A stretch of DNA of 64,000 nucleotides, from contig OZ287700.1 in the NCBI GenBank assembly GCA_965649825.1, positions 868,001 through 932,000 of the forward strand. The letters are read 5' to 3'. This document shows, piece after piece, positions 61,501 through 64,000 of the stretch. The position numbers were made by a program, and so were the translations under genes. Origin of the DNA: Penicillus capitatus. Taxonomy: Eukaryota > Plantae > Chlorophyta. The first letter of the stretch is position 1, and each line of letters begins with the position of its first letter. Under the pieces are notes generated by a model. The model ran no database searches. It was not told where the DNA came from and was given only the letters and a program-made list of their open reading frames with translations.

Positions 61501-62033
61501 TTTCGCCTGTCCAGTTTTCGTGTGTAATAGAATCAATTGTGCTATACATCTAGACAGAGAGATGTCGAGCACCGTCTGCCGATGCCGTCACCTCACCAAA
61601 TTTTCATGTGAATCATTTGTGTCGTCGATTCCGCACTGAATGAGGGGATAGTAGCCAATCGCTTCATCATTCTCAGTTTCCAAGCAATGTGCGGCAGTCA
61701 AGACCCACGATCTGTCGATCAATGTACCGCTGCACACATGGGCCTCCGATCCTCGGCTTCGCATACGGCACAGATATGGGAATCTCTGGGAAGAGATACC
61801 GGTTTCTTCCTGTACCGAAGAGAGAGGCGACGCGTAAGGTCGCGTAGCGTTCACGATCTTGTACCAACCTTTTCTCCGTCGGCCGCTTTGTCCAAACTCT
61901 GAGCATCTCCTTCTGCATTAAACAGACGAACATTTCATTCGGCTTTCGTTCTCGTAATGCTGAGTTTCGGACTTGCGATTGCGAAGATGAGGAGTAGTAT
62001 CCAGGTCATGGCCTGTCGGGCGGCGTTCTTCAT
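58525..62033 (-). CDS. Signal peptide + trypsin-like (S1) pseudoprotease + ~13 ankyrin repeats
   Basis: MKNAARQAMTWILLLIFAIA; CSGTLI..WVLTAAHC; FDIAML; DCLGDIGGPL; in-frame splicing through a linker to twelve 33-aa ankyrin exons and a terminal exon ending LLSDSN*. Confidence 0.88.
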
Positions 62034-63291
62034 GTTTGGACGACGCTTTGATGCTAACGTGGTGCGTTGATTGGCGTCGTGGAGCTGGAACGAACACAGA
62101 GAAACGTGTCGTGTCTTTTGACAGTTGAACGCCGAGAACAAAAAGTGTGACGTCGAATACAGCGACGCAGTTGTGAAAATGATAGGCGTAAAGTCAGACC
62201 GCCTACTGTTTGTCCCCTTTCATCTCTAATCGTTCGTTCTATGATGACCCGATAAACGATGATGAGGCAGCGAATCTAAGTGATTAAAATACTCGCTTTG
62301 TTTGGAGATATCGAGTGCTCATCGTGATAAGTGACAGCCGATCTCTTCTCTGTCCATATAACGATCTCGATCACAAATGGCTACAGAATGAGGAAATACA
62401 TTCATTGCTTAAGGCGCGTTTATGTAGACGGCCAGAGTAGTAGGTGCTTTTGGAGTGCAGCATAATCTTCGGCGGTGACAATGGTCATCGCGGGAGGCAC
62501 CAATACGCGCTTTGCCAACAACGCCGATGAAGATCTTCAAAGCGCTGAGTGAGTCCTTTCACCAGCGATGCGGAGAAGTGCCAAGTGCGATTGGCGGCAT
62601 CGAGGTAGCTTCTCTACTCTGTTCTGTCAGGAAGCATTCGTAATCTAGACAGCAACCAATGATAACCTTCTTGTATGATCCTGTTTCTCCGTAAGACCTT
62701 CATCTTCTGGGTCCAAATCTACTGTAACCGTCATCCGCGTCTTCCTCTTCTCTTTGGATTAAACGTCGACGTGTCTAGGATTGTTTACGGACAGCGGAGT
62801 GTAAGCGCGTCTTGCGCGAACGTCTATAAGAGGAAGCCTACAGGCGAATCCATCCTTCCTGGGTCATTCCCATTTTTTGTTGTCGCGATTGTCCCGTGTG
62901 GCGCTTTCTTAATAGATATGATGTTGAGAACAGAGCCACAAGCAGAAAACACAGGAGCAGAAATAAACGAAACACTGCAGTCATGGTCTCGGTCGAAAAC
63001 AACATGAAGCTGCTTGTTCTGTATGACTCAGCTTTTCCTTGGAACTTCCGTAACCGTTGCAACAGATTAACAGAGGGCGTTATTCTGCGTGTCTTGAGGT
63101 TATTTCGTGTGTAATCCGTTTGTCGAAGAACTGACTAACGCTCTTTTGCGTGACGTCGTTTTACATTTACCGTTCACATTTTTACCAGAAAAACTGTCTG
63201 CGGTCGTCGACTCACGATGCATGGACCGCGCCGTCGAGACATAAAAAGACACAGAACTGCTGTGGCAACGAATAAAGGGACCGATACGATT

Positions 63292-64000
63292 ATGAACGAC
63301 AGTAAGACGAAAACACAATACGCATCTCAAAAAGCAAGGCTGTTTCACTGTTGTAGAATCGCTGAACGCAACGGACACAGAAACGGAATGGCAAGGAACG
63401 TACACAGTGAGCTAAAGGCTCTATGGAAAGTATACTCCAACGGGGTGCTTTCGTTCGCAGTGGCGCGTTGAGAACTTTTTGCGGTTCGGCCTGCGAGAAC
63501 ACTGCTCACCTGAATTCGATATCGGCACATACACATGGTACGGTCTGTCACTCGGTCACAGATGCTATAAAAGGATGAACTTAGGCGATTGCTTATCCTT
63601 CCAAGGGTCGGTGAAAGTGTGCGCTGGAGCGGCTTCCTGGCTGTCTACCTGGATTTCCCAGAAGCACGATTCACTCCATGCGGGCTCTGTCCTAATGCGC
63701 ATTTTGAAATATTGGCCGTCAATCAGAAACAAGAATCGAAGTCCATTAAACGCGGTTTGTAGTTTCTATCATTACGAGCTCTCAGTCTTCTGCGTCCAGA
63801 GGCGAGCCATGTGTTTGCAAGCAAGTTTACAGATTGTGGTTTTACTCAATTTCTGTCTCTGCGCGACAGGCAGAATCCATTAACCAATTTTGTGGTCAAC
63901 GACACGCTGATATTGATCGTCAACATTACAGTGCAGAAAGACATAATTTTGGACAGACTGACGCGCAGACAGACTGGATTTGTGGGTTTGGAAAGTGGGG
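63292..64000 (+). CDS. MATH-domain ubiquitin-specific protease (USP7/UBP12-like), 5' part, runs off the window
   Basis: WQGTYT|WRVENF, SPEFDIGTYTW, LAVYLDFPEA, NFVVNDTLIL, RQTGFVGL. Confidence 0.78.

Overview
Eukaryotic nuclear DNA, gene-dense, with short (~45-60 nt) spliceosomal introns and the standard genetic code. Gene content (ferredoxin-nitrite reductase with transit peptide, algal-type SnRK2-derived domain, mTERF, RSP14-like flagellar protein, trypsin-like and ankyrin genes) points to a green alga; a siphonous ulvophyte (Bryopsidales-like) is my guess. The left ~29 kb is accessory-like: an apparently intact APE-RT LINE, a decayed L1-like element, tandem repeats and short diverged duplications. 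The right part is mostly housekeeping (Y14, mTERF, TLC, Atg22-like MFS, VPS18, RPA3, TBP-like, RSP14-like, CFA synthase fusion, SET, BI-1, tRNA-Arg, TMEM115, NiR, DUF3754, MATH-USP). Best candidates for new biology: (1) an intact 7-exon gene joining an MLKL/RPW8-like four-helix bundle to an SnRK2-derived pseudokinase lacking all catalytic motifs, an MLKL-like architecture apparently built independently; (2) a secreted trypsin-fold pseudoprotease (GDSGG to GDIGG) fused to an ankyrin array with one 99-nt exon per repeat; (3) an intact second Bax inhibitor-1 copy lacking both di-aspartyl sensor residues; (4) an oxidase + CFA synthase + TLC three-domain fusion. All gene models were hand-spliced and all domain calls are from motif recognition, not database searches.
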